DNA of 32,000 nt, taken from assembly GCF_001465295.1 (NCBI RefSeq), contig NZ_CP011034.1, forward strand, positions 1,080,001 to 1,112,000, read 5' to 3'. Positions 1-10,044 of this stretch are shown here, one piece after another (positions within the stretch are counted from its first letter, which is position 1; every line of letters begins with the position of its first letter). This DNA comes from Pseudoalteromonas translucida KMM 520. Lineage in GTDB: Bacteria > Pseudomonadota > Gammaproteobacteria > Enterobacterales > Alteromonadaceae. A program made the position numbers and the translations under genes. A model generated the notes under the pieces. The model saw only the letters and a program-made list of their open reading frames with translations, did no database searches and was not told the origin of the DNA.

Positions 1-398
1 AGGGGAGTGCAAATGTGCGCAGTGGCATTATGCAATTAAATTCAAAAGCAGGTTACCAAGTGTTTTTACACGAACTAATGCACTTTAATGGTTTTGAGGA
101 TGAATACGCGCTACCAAAAACGAAGCAAGCTTGGCTGTGCGCGCAAAGTGGATTTGTGGCACCTAATTTGTTTTTAGCAAGTAGCGAAGCTACCCCACCA
201 GTAGGTTGGTATAAAAGCCAGAGCTGCCAGCAAGGGAGCGTAGCTTATAAACCCAGTGAAGCTTGGTCTATTATGCAATATCAGCAGTTAACTCTCTCAG
301 CGCAATATAGGGCGTTGTGGCAAACACACATAGATACCCATTTTACATTATTTCCTCGTTTTAACTCCTTCATGGAACGCTCAACAACGCCACGCTAA
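1..398 (+). CDS. 3' fragment of a putative zinc-metalloprotease-like protein (HExxH motif); the 5' end lies outside the window
   Basis: The reading frame is open from the window edge (codons from nt 3), so the GTG at 15 is only the ORF caller's first start. It contains HELMHFNGFEDEY, an HExxHxxGxx(E/D) pattern like a metzincin or snapalysin zinc site. I do not recognise the family otherwise. Confidence 0.45.
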   Translation, partial: GSANVRSGIMQLNSKAGYQVFLHELMHFNGFEDEYALPKTKQAWLCAQSGFVAPNLFLASSEATPPVGWYKSQSCQQGSVAYKPSEAWSIMQYQQLTLSAQYRALWQTHIDTHFTLFPRFNSFMERSTTPR

Positions 399-654
399 AT
401 TTTAAAGTCTTTACTCTAAGGCGTATGAAAAGCGAACATAGTTGATATTGTTGCATTAATTTATATATAAATTTGCTTGATAATTATGCAGCTAGAGGCG
501 CTTTCTATAGACAAAATCGGCGTTTATCAGTATAACTATACGTATTAATGCTGTTAAAAAAGCAGACCACAAAAGCTAATGTCCAAGTCACTTTGGTAAT
601 TAACTATAACAAATAGCGTATTGATAAATTTATGATTTTAAAAGGTCCTTTACT

Positions 655-3447
655 ATGACTTTGCTCTGGATACCCCTGCTATCCTTAATTGGCAGTGTTA
701 TTTCTGCATTTACAGGCAAACTAACGCGAAACCAAGCGACAAGCTTAACTATGCTTGCACCTTTAACCGCACTTTGCATAACCCTATATCATGCGCCTGC
801 GGTACTTGCCGGTGAAACTATTCGCTTTAGTGCTGCTTGGATCCCAAGTTTAGGGCTCGATTTCTCCCTGCGTTTAGACGGTCTAAGTTTACTGTTTATA
901 TTTATGATTTTGGGCATAGGCTTACTGGTTATTTTATATTCTCGTTATTATTTAAGTAATAACGACTCAATGGCAAAGTTATATAGCTACTTAATGTTAT
1001 TTATGACCGCAATGCTTGGTATTGTTATGTCTAATAATGTTATTCAGCTATGGGTGTTTTGGGAACTAACCAGTATAAGTTCGTTTTTATTAATTAGTTA
1101 TTGGTGGCATAAGTCAGAAGCACGCAAGGGCGCACGCATGGCGCTTACAGTTACCGGAGCCGGTGGTTTAGCGCTACTTGGTGGGTTACTGTTAATTGGC
1201 GACATTGTTGGCAGTTATAACCTTGATATAATTTTAGCCAGCAGAGCAATTATTCAATCGCACGATTTATACGAGCTTGCACTGGTTTTAGTGTTATTAG
1301 GTGCATTTACTAAATCGGCTCAATTTCCGTTTCACTTTTGGCTACCTCATGCCATGGCCGCGCCAACACCAGTGAGCGCCTATTTACATTCGGCGACCAT
1401 GGTTAAAGCGGGTATATTTTTGTTAGCGCGCTTTTATCCGGCCTTAGCGGGCACCGAAATGTGGTTTATATTAGTTGCCTTAACAGGTTTAATTACTTTG
1501 TTATTTGGCGCATACGTGGCTTTATTTAAGCACGATTTAAAAGGCTTATTAGCGTATTCAACAATAAGTCATTTAGGTTTAATTACGCTATTGCTTGGCC
1601 TAGATACCGAACTTGCTACCGTTGCCGCTATTTTTCATATTATTAATCACGCTACCTTTAAAGCGTCACTGTTTATGGCCACCGGTATTATTGACCATGA
1701 AACAGGTACGCGCGATATGCGTAAACTCAATGGTATGTGGCGCTTTATGCCCTACACAGCAACGCTTGCTATGGTTGCCGCTGCGGCAATGGCGGGTGTC
1801 CCTTTGCTTAATGGCTTTATTTCAAAAGAAATGTTTTTTGCCGAAACACTGCATCAGCAAGTGCTTGGCTCTATGTCGTGGTTAATCCCCGTTTTAGCAA
1901 CCATTGCAGGTGCATTTGCCGTGGCTTATTCGGCGCGCTTTATTCACGATGTGTTTTTTAATGGCGACCCAATAGATTTACCGCGTACACCACACGAGCC
2001 GCCTCGTTATATGCGCGTACCCATCGAAATATTAGTGGTGTTGTGTTTACTTGTTGGCATGTTTCCGCACTTTGTAGTTGATGGTATTTTATCGGCAGCC
2101 TCATTAGCAGTGCTGGGCAAAGCAATGCCAGAGTATCAGCTGAGCATTTGGCATGGCTTTAATTTACCGTTATTAATGAGTGCCATGGCAGTTGCTGGCG
2201 GCTTGTTTATTTATGTTAACCGTAAACATCTGTTTCAATTTCAAGCGTCTTTACCGCCGCTAAACGCTAAAAAAATGTTTGATAATTTAGTACAATGCGT
2301 AATTGATTGGAGCCAAGATAAAATAAACAAAACAGAAAATGGCTCACTGCAACGCTATGTATTTATTATGCTGGGCGTTATTTTATTAGCTGCTGGTTGG
2401 CCGTTATTTGAAATGCAAAAACTAGCGGGAAGTGTGCCAAATACACCGGTTGATTTACACAACGGTATAGGTGCTAGCTTGTTAATTGTAGGTGCTATTG
2501 CCACAGTGATCAGCCATAGATCGCGTATGGTCGCTTTGTTAATGGTATCTATTGTGGGACTAATGGTAGCTGTGGTGTTTACCCGCTTTTCGGCACCAGA
2601 CTTAGCCTTAACGCAATTAACGGTAGAAGTGGCGACAATAATACTACTTATGTTGGCATTGTTTTTCTTACCGCAAAGCACACCAAGAGAATCAAGCTCA
2701 TTGCGTATATTACGTGATTTAAGTATTGCCTCTACAGTGGGCGTGGTTATAGCCAGTATTTGTTACGCTTTACTTACTCGTCCGCTTGATTCTATTTCTG
2801 ACTTTTTTATTGCCAATGCCAAAACGGGTGGTGGCGGTACCAATGTAGTTAACGTTATTTTAGTTGATTTTAGGGGCTTTGATACGCTTGGCGAAATTAC
2901 CGTATTGGGTATTGCAGCACTAGGAATATTTAAGCTTTTATCGCGAATTCCATTGTTTATGCCGGCAACCGACAGTGATGGTCGTTCATGGGCACGCGAG
3001 CGCCACCCTATTTTATTAGCCAGTATTTCACAAAGTTTACTCCCGCTTGCACTGTTAGTGTCGGCGTATATTTTCTTACGTGGTCATAATTTACCGGGTG
3101 GCGGCTTCATTGCCGGGCTTGTTACTTCTATCGCCTTTATTTTGCAGTATATGGCACATGGCTCCACTTGGATCAGTGAGCGCTTTGATGTTAATTATCG
3201 AAAAATTATTGCCTCGGGTATCGCTATTGCTATGTTTACGGGTGTGGGCAGTTGGTTTTTTGATAAGCCATTTTTAACCACGTGGTTTGACTATTTTGAC
3301 ATTCCATTTATTGGTAAAACAGAGTTAGCAAGTGCCATTGTGTTTGACCTTGGTGTGTACTTAACCGTAGTGGGTGCCACGTTGATGATATTAGCAAGCT
3401 TAGGTGATATGACCACAAGTGCAGAGCAAAAAGAAGGTGATGTTTAA
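655..3447 (+). CDS. mrpA: Na+/H+ (monovalent cation/H+) antiporter subunit A, fused MrpA+MrpB (group-2 Mrp/Pha type)
   Basis: 930-aa polytopic membrane protein with a NuoL/ND5-like core ([25 protein letters not shown]). The C-terminal extension carries the MrpB-like [23 protein letters not shown] motif. It is first of six coupled genes. Confidence 0.9.
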   Translation: MTLLWIPLLSLIGSVISAFTGKLTRNQATSLTMLAPLTALCITLYHAPAVLAGETIRFSAAWIPSLGLDFSLRLDGLSLLFIFMILGIGLLVILYSRYYLSNNDSMAKLYSYLMLFMTAMLGIVMSNNVIQLWVFWELTSISSFLLISYWWHKSEARKGARMALTVTGAGGLALLGGLLLIGDIVGSYNLDIILASRAIIQSHDLYELALVLVLLGAFTKSAQFPFHFWLPHAMAAPTPVSAYLHSATMVKAGIFLLARFYPALAGTEMWFILVALTGLITLLFGAYVALFKHDLKGLLAYSTISHLGLITLLLGLDTELATVAAIFHIINHATFKASLFMATGIIDHETGTRDMRKLNGMWRFMPYTATLAMVAAAAMAGVPLLNGFISKEMFFAETLHQQVLGSMSWLIPVLATIAGAFAVAYSARFIHDVFFNGDPIDLPRTPHEPPRYMRVPIEILVVLCLLVGMFPHFVVDGILSAASLAVLGKAMPEYQLSIWHGFNLPLLMSAMAVAGGLFIYVNRKHLFQFQASLPPLNAKKMFDNLVQCVIDWSQDKINKTENGSLQRYVFIMLGVILLAAGWPLFEMQKLAGSVPNTPVDLHNGIGASLLIVGAIATVISHRSRMVALLMVSIVGLMVAVVFTRFSAPDLALTQLTVEVATIILLMLALFFLPQSTPRESSSLRILRDLSIASTVGVVIASICYALLTRPLDSISDFFIANAKTGGGGTNVVNVILVDFRGFDTLGEITVLGIAALGIFKLLSRIPLFMPATDSDGRSWARERHPILLASISQSLLPLALLVSAYIFLRGHNLPGGGFIAGLVTSIAFILQYMAHGSTWISERFDVNYRKIIASGIAIAMFTGVGSWFFDKPFLTTWFDYFDIPFIGKTELASAIVFDLGVYLTVVGATLMILASLGDMTTSAEQKEGDV

Positions 3448-3794
3448 TGGAGTTATTATACGCGTCGTGCGTGGGTGTATTAATTAGTTGCGGTGTGTTT
3501 TTACTGCTAAGAGCACGTACTTTTCCGGTTGTGCTTGGGCTAACTATGATTTCTTACGCAGTTAACTTGTTTTTATTTTCATCGGGTCGACTAACCACAA
3601 ATAAAGCTGTTGTATTAGGTACAGGCGCAGATTACGCCGATCCACTGCCGCAAGCTTTAGTGTTAACAGCCATTGTAATTGGTTTTGCAATGACCGCCTT
3701 TGTGGTTATATTAGCAATACGTGGCCGTGCAGATTTAGGTAATGACCATGTTGATGGTCACCTTGTTAAAAGTAAGTACAAGGTGAGAAAATGA
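3447..3794 (+). CDS. mrpC: Na+/H+ antiporter subunit C (NuoK-like)
   Basis: 115 aa with 3 TM segments. The TAATG stop/start overlaps mrpA. Its position in the operon fits. Confidence 0.88.
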   Translation: MELLYASCVGVLISCGVFLLLRARTFPVVLGLTMISYAVNLFLFSSGRLTTNKAVVLGTGADYADPLPQALVLTAIVIGFAMTAFVVILAIRGRADLGNDHVDGHLVKSKYKVRK

Positions 3795-5308
3795 TCCAGC
3801 ATTTAACATCGCTTCCTGTATTGCTGCCTATGCTAGCAGCTATTATTTTACTATTACCACCGTGTGGTAAAAACTTATTTGCCCGTCGTTTGGCTTCAAG
3901 CGTAATGGCTATTATTACATTTGTAGTGAGTGTTTTATTACTGATAACCGTACACAACGAAGGTATTAACGTATACGCAATAGGTAACTGGTCAGCACCG
4001 TTTGGTATTGTACTTGTTGCCGATATGCTCTCTAGTTTATTGGTGGCACTTACTTCATTTTTAGGCGTCATGGTTGTGCTGTACGGATGTGCAGGCGATG
4101 ATGAACACGGCAGTTTTTTTCATCCACTAATTCACTTTTTAATTTTAGGTGTAAATGGTGCATTTTTAACTGGCGATTTATTTAACGTATTTGTATTTTT
4201 TGAAGTGCTACTTATTGCCTCTTATGCCTTGCTTATGCACGGTGGTGGCAAGCAAAAAACCAAAGCTGCATTGCACTATGTTATTTTAAACTTAGTAGGC
4301 TCAAGTGCGTTTTTAATTGGTTTAGGTATTTTATACGGTGTACTAGGCACGCTAAATATTGCCGATATGGCGCAAAAAATATCTTTACTTACTGGCGACG
4401 ATGTTTATTTAGCTAAAGCCGGTGGACTATTATTATTAGTAGTATTTGCTTTAAAAAGTGCGTTATTGCCACTGCACTTATGGTTACCAAATACCTATTC
4501 AAGTGCGGCCCCAGTTGTTGCTGCGCTATTTGCGATTATGACCAAAGTAGGTGTGTACGCCATGCTACGCGTTTATACGGTTATGTTTGGTGAGCAAGCT
4601 GGCGAACTTGAACATATGGCGCAAACTTGGTTGTGGGGCTTAGCAATTGCAACGATAGTTGTAGGGGCGATTGGGGTGTTAGCCGCTCAGGACTTACGTA
4701 AAATTACAGCTAATTTAGTACTGGTGTCGGTGGGTACTTTGGTGGCTTTAGTGTCGTTACAAAACATAAACGCTACGGCTGCGCTGTTATATTATTTAGT
4801 ACACTCAACGTTGGTATGTGCGGCATTATTTTTACTCGCCGATATAATCTCTATTCAACGCGGTAAAGTTGGCGACAGATTGGTAGCGGGTAGAGTGGTA
4901 AAACAGCCGTTTTTATTAGGCACGTTATTTATTATTGCAGCATTAACTGTAATAGGCATGCCGCCATTTTCAGGCTTTGTGGGTAAAATTTGGATTTTAA
5001 AAACAACACTTAATAGCGAAAATGCAATGGTGTTTTGGCCTGCTTACTTAATTACCAGTTTAGTGTTAATTATTGCACTAGCACGCGCCGGAACCAGTTT
5101 GTTTTGGGAAGGCAAGTACACAGGTAGTGAGCCAAATGACGCTCCAAATGCACATCCATTGCAAGTAATTGCTATTGTAGGGTTACTTATTTGCTCTGTA
5201 ATGCTAGTTGTTTTTGGTGGTGCTATTAGTGAATACACCATAAAGGCCGCAACCCAATTACACGACATAAGTGGTGGTATTAATGCTGTGCTTAAAGGAG
5301 GTGTTTAA
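3791..5308 (+). CDS. mrpD: Na+/H+ antiporter subunit D (NuoN/ND2-like)
   Basis: 505-aa polytopic protein with the proton-pumping-subunit motif (LHLWLPNTYSSAAPVVAALFAIMTKVG). ATGA overlap with mrpC. Confidence 0.9.
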   Translation: MIQHLTSLPVLLPMLAAIILLLPPCGKNLFARRLASSVMAIITFVVSVLLLITVHNEGINVYAIGNWSAPFGIVLVADMLSSLLVALTSFLGVMVVLYGCAGDDEHGSFFHPLIHFLILGVNGAFLTGDLFNVFVFFEVLLIASYALLMHGGGKQKTKAALHYVILNLVGSSAFLIGLGILYGVLGTLNIADMAQKISLLTGDDVYLAKAGGLLLLVVFALKSALLPLHLWLPNTYSSAAPVVAALFAIMTKVGVYAMLRVYTVMFGEQAGELEHMAQTWLWGLAIATIVVGAIGVLAAQDLRKITANLVLVSVGTLVALVSLQNINATAALLYYLVHSTLVCAALFLLADIISIQRGKVGDRLVAGRVVKQPFLLGTLFIIAALTVIGMPPFSGFVGKIWILKTTLNSENAMVFWPAYLITSLVLIIALARAGTSLFWEGKYTGSEPNDAPNAHPLQVIAIVGLLICSVMLVVFGGAISEYTIKAATQLHDISGGINAVLKGGV

Positions 5309-5844
5309 TGCGACTAAAAGCACGTTTTAGATTATTACCTACGCCATTTCGTAGTGTGTTTTTGTTTATAGTTTGGCTGTTATTAAATAACAGTGTGTCT
5401 GCAGGGCACTTAGTATTAGCGGCTATATTCGCGATTATTATTCCGTTATTTACTATATCGTTTCGCGATCCTCAGCCGCTAATTTTAAGGCCCGGATTAG
5501 CCTTTAAACAGGTTTTTATTGTACTGTACGATATTATAGTGGCTAATTTACAAGTGGCTGTATTAATACTTGGGCCAAGTAAAAACATGCGCCCAGCATT
5601 TGTTAAAGTACCCGTAGATTTAACTCATGAAATGCCGATTACTATTTTGGCAAGCTGCGTGTCACTCACCCCAGGCACTGTGAGCGCTGAGGTATATCCT
5701 ATTTTAGAATCACTTAATAAAGGTGAGCAACCAACACAGCGTTATTTGCTTATTCATGTACTTGATCTTAAAGACGAGCAAGCACTTATTAAACAAATAA
5801 AAGAGCGTTATGAGGCTCCCTTAAAGGAGATATTTCAATGTTAG
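5308..5844 (+). CDS. mrpE: Na+/H+ antiporter subunit E
   Basis: 178 aa with N-terminal TM helices. TAATG overlap with mrpD. Operon position fits. Confidence 0.85.
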   Translation: MRLKARFRLLPTPFRSVFLFIVWLLLNNSVSAGHLVLAAIFAIIIPLFTISFRDPQPLILRPGLAFKQVFIVLYDIIVANLQVAVLILGPSKNMRPAFVKVPVDLTHEMPITILASCVSLTPGTVSAEVYPILESLNKGEQPTQRYLLIHVLDLKDEQALIKQIKERYEAPLKEIFQC

Positions 5845-6107
5845 AAACCGTATTATTAATTGTATTTAGCATGATTGGATTAGCGCTATTGTTAAATTTA
5901 TGGCGTTTGGTAATTGGTCCATCGGTTCCCGATCGTATTTTAGCGCTCGATACTATGTATATAAACGTGATTGCGCTGATTATTTTATACAGTATAAGTA
6001 TGAGCACGGGGTTGTACTTTGAAGCGGCTTTATTAATTGCAATGCTAGGCTTTATAAGCACAGTAGCATTATGTAAGTATTTACTTCGCGGCGATATAAT
6101 CGAATAA
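5838..6107 (+). CDS. mrpF: Na+/H+ antiporter subunit F
   Basis: 89 aa with 3 TM segments. It overlaps mrpE by 7 nt. The size and hydrophobicity are typical of MrpF. Confidence 0.85.
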   Translation: MLETVLLIVFSMIGLALLLNLWRLVIGPSVPDRILALDTMYINVIALIILYSISMSTGLYFEAALLIAMLGFISTVALCKYLLRGDIIE

Positions 6108-6116
6108 GGTATAGCA

Positions 6117-6446
6117 ATGATCAGTGAATGGATAGTATCAATATTATTATTACTAGGTGGCGTGTTTATTTTAATTGGCTCAATAGGATTAGTTAAACTG
6201 CCTGATTTTTTTATGCGCTTACATGGCCCAACTAAAGCAACTACCCTAGGTATGGCGAACATTTTAACCGCTGCTATGGTGTACTTTGCAAATACCGAAC
6301 ATGGCGTGAGTGTTAAAGAAGTACTTATTACTATATTTTTATTAATTACCGCACCGATTAGTGGATATATGTTAATTAAAGCAGCCATTCATCATAAGCT
6401 TAAGCCAAAAGATGGCACTAAAGGGCTCGATAATATTGAAGATTAA
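6117..6446 (+). CDS. mrpG: Na+/H+ antiporter subunit G
   Basis: 109 aa containing the MrpG/MnhG-like motif GLVKLPDFFMRLHGPTKATTLG. It is the last gene of the operon. Confidence 0.88.
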   Translation: MISEWIVSILLLLGGVFILIGSIGLVKLPDFFMRLHGPTKATTLGMANILTAAMVYFANTEHGVSVKEVLITIFLLITAPISGYMLIKAAIHHKLKPKDGTKGLDNIED

Positions 6447-6495
6447 CATTATTTATAAATGCATTTAGCGTGTAACTACCTAGATGTATTTAACT

Positions 6496-6540
6496 ACAAC
6501 AAAGCCGGATAAAGTTAATTTATTCGGCTTTGTTGTTTTT
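6496..6540 (+). terminator. Rho-independent terminator of the mrp operon
   Basis: Perfect 12-bp stem, acaacaaagccg (6496-6507) paired with cggctttgttgt (6525-6536), followed by a TTTT run. Confidence 0.85.
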
Positions 6541-6552
6541 AAAGTATTTAAG

Positions 6553-6583
6553 TTGACCTATGTGTGACACATAGGTTTACACT
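6553..6583 (+). promoter_or_regulatory. MerR-type promoter/operator: -35 TTGACC, 19-bp spacer containing a 10-1-10 perfect palindrome, -10 TACACT
   Basis: TTGACC lies at 6553-6558 and TACACT at 6578-6583, separated by exactly 19 nt. The dyad ACCTATGTGT-G-ACACATAGGT spans 6556-6576. As I recall E. coli PcopA (TTGACCTTCC...GGAAGGTTTAAC), it has the same outer ACCT...AGGT arms and the same -35. Confidence 0.8.
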
Positions 6584-6629
6584 ATAGGTATGAGTTTAGC
6601 TTTAAACTATGAATTATTACGGAGGGGCT

Positions 6630-7064
6630 ATGTACGTTAAACAACTTGCCAATAAAATGGGCGTTACACCCGACACTATTCGCCATTACACGCGAATGCA
6701 GTTGCTCAAACCAATCCGTAGTGTAAGTAACGGTTATCAAGAATATACAAACACTGATCAGCAGCGTTTAAAGTTTATAATTAACGCTCGTCAGTTGGGT
6801 TTTTCTGTTAAAGATATTCAGCACATTATTACTGAGTCGGAGCAAGGAAACTGCCCATGCCCATTAACGCGAAAACTAATAGCTAAACGCTTAGCCGAAA
6901 CCGAAGCTCTTTTTCAAGAAACACTTAAGCTGCGCACACGCATGCAAGCAGCAGTTAAGCAATGGCAAAGCTCTCCCGATGGCGCAACTAGCGCTGATAT
7001 ATGTAGTTTAATAGAGTCATTTGTTGACCCCATTAGCACTGAAGAAAATAACCCGGAGGCGTAA
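6630..7064 (+). CDS. MerR-family metal-responsive transcriptional regulator, CueR-like
   Basis: The N-terminal HTH ([28 protein letters not shown]) aligns without gaps to E. coli CueR. I prefer the ATG at 6630 over the caller's 6609 because GGAGGGG at 6621-6627 sits 2 nt upstream of it. The stop overlaps the copA ATG (TAATG). Confidence 0.85.
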   Translation: MYVKQLANKMGVTPDTIRHYTRMQLLKPIRSVSNGYQEYTNTDQQRLKFIINARQLGFSVKDIQHIITESEQGNCPCPLTRKLIAKRLAETEALFQETLKLRTRMQAAVKQWQSSPDGATSADICSLIESFVDPISTEENNPEA

Positions 7065-9310
7065 TGAGTAAAAATATTAACAGCAGCTCACAAAACTTTA
7101 TTATTGAAGGGGCTAATTGTGGCAGCTGCGTAGCAAAAATAGAAAAAGCGCTAAAAACAGTATCGGGTGCACAGCGAGTAGAAATGAACTTTGCACAACG
7201 CACCGTACAAGTAGAAGGGCAAGCGGATGAAGCGGCGCTTATTGCAGCGGTAGAAAACATTGGCTATAAAGCAAAGCCCATGAGTAATGACTCAGAGCAA
7301 GATGCGCTTGATGAAAAAGCCAAAGCCGATGACGCGCATTATAAAAAATTAATGCGCAATATGATATTAGCGTTAGGCGTAGGTGCGCCATTAATGCTTT
7401 ATGGGCTGATTTTCGATATGAACGTAATAACCACTACCCAACGCATAGCTTGGTTTATTGTGGGTTTGGCCACGTTAGCAGTAATGGCCGTAGCCGGTAA
7501 GCAATTTTACAATGGCGCATGGCAAGCATTTAAAAACCATGCCGCCAATATGGATACGCTTATAGCGCTGGGAACCGGTACTGCCTGGTTATATTCTATG
7601 GTAGTCGTTATTACCCCTAACTTACTACCAGAGGTGGCAAGGCATGTGTACTTTGAAGCCTCAGCAATGATCATTGGTTTAATAAGCTTAGGCCTAGCAT
7701 TAGAGGTAAAAGCCCGCGGGCGTACCTCTGAGGCTATAAAGCGCTTAATAGGGCTGCAACCAAAAACAGCACGTGTTATTCGCGACGGGCAAGAGCGCGA
7801 TATTGATATTAGTGACGTAGTAAAAAATGATCAGGTACGAGTTCGCCCAGGCGAAAAAATATCAGTAGATGGCGAAGTGCTTGAAGGCAGTAGTAGTGTT
7901 GATGAATCAATGCTAACGGGTGAGCCTATGCCGGTTACTAAACAAATAGGCGATACGGTAGTCGCTGGTAGTATTAATAAAACCGGAACATTATTATTCA
8001 AAGCGACCCATATAGGCAGCGAAACAACACTCGCTAATATTATAAATATGGTAAAGCGGGCACAAAATTCAAAACCTTCAATTGGTCGTTTAGCAGATGT
8101 TATTTCAGGTATTTTTGTTCCCACGGTAATGATAATAGCAATACTGGCAGGCCTTGCTTGGTTAAACTTTGGCCCTGAGCCAAGCATTGCTTATGCCGTA
8201 GTTGCTGTTACTACTGTGCTTATTATTGCTTGTCCGTGTGCGCTTGGTTTAGCAACGCCAATGTCGGTAATGGTGGGCATAGGTAAAGCTGCTGAGTCGG
8301 GAATACTGATCCGCAATGGTGAGGCACTACAAGTGACTTCTAAAATTACCACCATGATTTTAGATAAAACCGGCACCATTACCGAAGGAGCGCCAACGGT
8401 AACCGATGTTATTACCTTTAATAACAGCGATGAAAACACAGTAATGCAGCACGTTGCTAGCCTAGAGAGTAGTTCAGAGCATCCATTAGCCGAGGCCATA
8501 ATAAGTTATGCTAAAGCGCTAAATTTAACGCTGAGTAAAGTAACTGACTTTGATGCACTTACCGGTAAAGGAGTAATAGGGACGCTTGATGGACAAACGC
8601 TGTTGTTTGGTAATAAGGCCTTAATGGATAAATACCATGTTGCAATTGACGATGCGTACGAGCAGGCACAAACATTGGCAAGTGAAGCAAAAACCCCAAT
8701 GTATTTTGCAGTTAACCAACAGCTACAGGCTATTATTGCTGTAGCAGATCCTATTAAAGCAGACTCAGCTGCAGCAATTAAACGGTTGCAAAATAAAGGC
8801 ATTCACTTAGTCATGCTCACAGGCGATAACCAAGCAACAGCGCAAGCAGTTGCTAAAAAAGTAGGAATAAAGGACTTTATTGCAGAAGTACTCCCCGACG
8901 ACAAAGTAAATGAAGTTATAAAGCGCCAAGCAAAGGGCGAAATAGTGGGTATGACGGGTGATGGCATTAACGATGCACCGGCACTAGCGCAAGCCGATGT
9001 TGGCTTTGCGATTGGTACAGGCACTGATATAGCCATAGAAAGTGGCGACATAACCCTAATGCGCGGATCGTTACACGGCCTTGCAGATGCAATTGCAGTA
9101 AGTAGCGCGACCATTTTAAATATTAAGCAAAATCTATTTGGTGCCTTTATTTATAATGTGGCGGGTATTCCTATTGCTGCCGGGGTGTTATATCCATTTT
9201 TTGGATTATTGCTTAACCCAGTAGTAGCAGGCGCTGCTATGGCATTATCATCGCTAACGGTTGTTAGTAACGCCAATAGATTACGCTTTTTTAAACCAGC
9301 AAAATCATAA
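7064..9310 (+). CDS. copA: Cu(I)/Ag(I)-exporting P1B-1-type ATPase
   Basis: It has a single N-terminal metal-binding domain (GANCGSCV) and the motifs TGEP, CPC in the TM segment, DKTGT, SEHPL and GDGINDAP. The P1B-1 selectivity signatures YN(x)4P (YNVAGIP) and M(x)2SS (MALSS) are present. Confidence 0.92.
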   Translation: MSKNINSSSQNFIIEGANCGSCVAKIEKALKTVSGAQRVEMNFAQRTVQVEGQADEAALIAAVENIGYKAKPMSNDSEQDALDEKAKADDAHYKKLMRNMILALGVGAPLMLYGLIFDMNVITTTQRIAWFIVGLATLAVMAVAGKQFYNGAWQAFKNHAANMDTLIALGTGTAWLYSMVVVITPNLLPEVARHVYFEASAMIIGLISLGLALEVKARGRTSEAIKRLIGLQPKTARVIRDGQERDIDISDVVKNDQVRVRPGEKISVDGEVLEGSSSVDESMLTGEPMPVTKQIGDTVVAGSINKTGTLLFKATHIGSETTLANIINMVKRAQNSKPSIGRLADVISGIFVPTVMIIAILAGLAWLNFGPEPSIAYAVVAVTTVLIIACPCALGLATPMSVMVGIGKAAESGILIRNGEALQVTSKITTMILDKTGTITEGAPTVTDVITFNNSDENTVMQHVASLESSSEHPLAEAIISYAKALNLTLSKVTDFDALTGKGVIGTLDGQTLLFGNKALMDKYHVAIDDAYEQAQTLASEAKTPMYFAVNQQLQAIIAVADPIKADSAAAIKRLQNKGIHLVMLTGDNQATAQAVAKKVGIKDFIAEVLPDDKVNEVIKRQAKGEIVGMTGDGINDAPALAQADVGFAIGTGTDIAIESGDITLMRGSLHGLADAIAVSSATILNIKQNLFGAFIYNVAGIPIAAGVLYPFFGLLLNPVVAGAAMALSSLTVVSNANRLRFFKPAKS

Positions 9311-9340
9311 GCCAAAGCCTTTAATTTAGGAGTAATAATT

Positions 9341-9694
9341 ATGTTGATGATTAATATATTAGGCGCATTACTCATAATTGCGATTGTTTACTGGTTTTGG
9401 CTTTTTAAGCCAAAGCAAGTGCAAAGTAACGACAATAAGGTAGCTATAGTGGTCGATAACGGTGTATACCAACCGGCGCAAATTAAAGTTGTTGCAGGTA
9501 AAGAGTTAACACTTAACTTCGATCGCCAAGACAGTGCACCATGTAGCGAAACCGTCATATTTCCACAACTTGATATAAGTAAAGCCCTTGTAATGGGCGA
9601 TGCTAATACCTTAAAAATACCCGAGCTTAAAGTAGGTGAGTACGACTTTCACTGCCAAATGCAAATGTATAAAGGTAAGCTAATAGTGCAGTAA
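9341..9694 (+). CDS. Membrane-anchored cupredoxin-like domain protein
   Basis: 117 aa with an N-terminal TM helix and a C-terminal beta-rich domain. The domain has Cys in APCSE and an FHCQMQMYKGKLIV tail typical of small cupredoxin-fold proteins found beside copA. The RBS TAGGAG lies 8 nt upstream, 30 nt after copA. Confidence 0.7.
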   Translation: MLMINILGALLIIAIVYWFWLFKPKQVQSNDNKVAIVVDNGVYQPAQIKVVAGKELTLNFDRQDSAPCSETVIFPQLDISKALVMGDANTLKIPELKVGEYDFHCQMQMYKGKLIVQ

Positions 9695-9764
9695 CAGTTG
9701 AGCTAAACGTATTGTTAGCGCGTATTGGCTTATCATATTTACAGCTTTTGGACTTTGCAATTTT

Positions 9765-9980
9765 ATGAATAAACTAAACCCTAAAAAGCTACTTAATAGT
9801 AAGTGGACTGCAGTACCTGCAATCAATAAAGAAAAACACTTTATTATTATAGAGGTTGAGTACGATGAGGATAGCAACGTGATTGCGTGCGTTACTGAGG
9901 CAATAATTTCAAAAAGCCAATACCCAATTAGTTGGCGAGATTTAAAAAACGCACAAAATTGGTTACAAGGCTGGAAATAA
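9765..9980 (+). CDS. Small Trp-rich conserved hypothetical protein (TIGR02450-like)
   Basis: 71 aa with an N-terminal LNPKKLLNSKWTAV...KEKHF motif. From memory I recognise this as the TIGR02450 Trp-rich family. No clear SD. Confidence 0.6.
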   Translation: MNKLNPKKLLNSKWTAVPAINKEKHFIIIEVEYDEDSNVIACVTEAIISKSQYPISWRDLKNAQNWLQGWK

Positions 9981-10013
9981 CAACTAATTCCACTTCTCGT
10001 AAAAATAATAAAG

Positions 10014-10044
10014 CCGCTGCATTAAGATTATGTAGCGGTTTTTT
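10014..10044 (+). terminator. Rho-independent terminator
   Basis: 8-bp stem, ccgctgca paired with tgtagcgg (one G-U pair), 9-nt loop, then TTTTTT. Confidence 0.7.

Noticed and set aside
1613-6388. Internal or antisense ORFs within the mrp operon (1613-1885 +, 2355-2681 -, 3080-3277 +, 3766-4071 -, 5044-5268 -, 5789-6388 -)
   Set aside because: All are fully embedded in, or antisense to, confidently identified Mrp subunit genes. They lack RBSs and recognisable domains. Such ORFs are typical in biased membrane-protein coding sequence.
6609-6629. The caller's upstream ATG (6609) for the MerR-family regulator
   Set aside because: The GGAGGGG Shine-Dalgarno at 6621-6627 would lie inside the coding sequence. 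The ATG at 6630 gives an N-terminus (MYVKQLA...) that aligns without gaps to MerR/CueR HTH starts.
7033-9375. Chain of minus-strand ORFs (7033-7260, 7831-8187, 8191-8499, 8506-8802, 8803-9114, 9151-9375) opposite copA
   Set aside because: They tile the antisense strand of a P-type ATPase whose catalytic motifs are all intact on the plus strand. The products are Ala/Ser/Thr/Pro-rich, mirror the sense codon bias, and have no independent signals.
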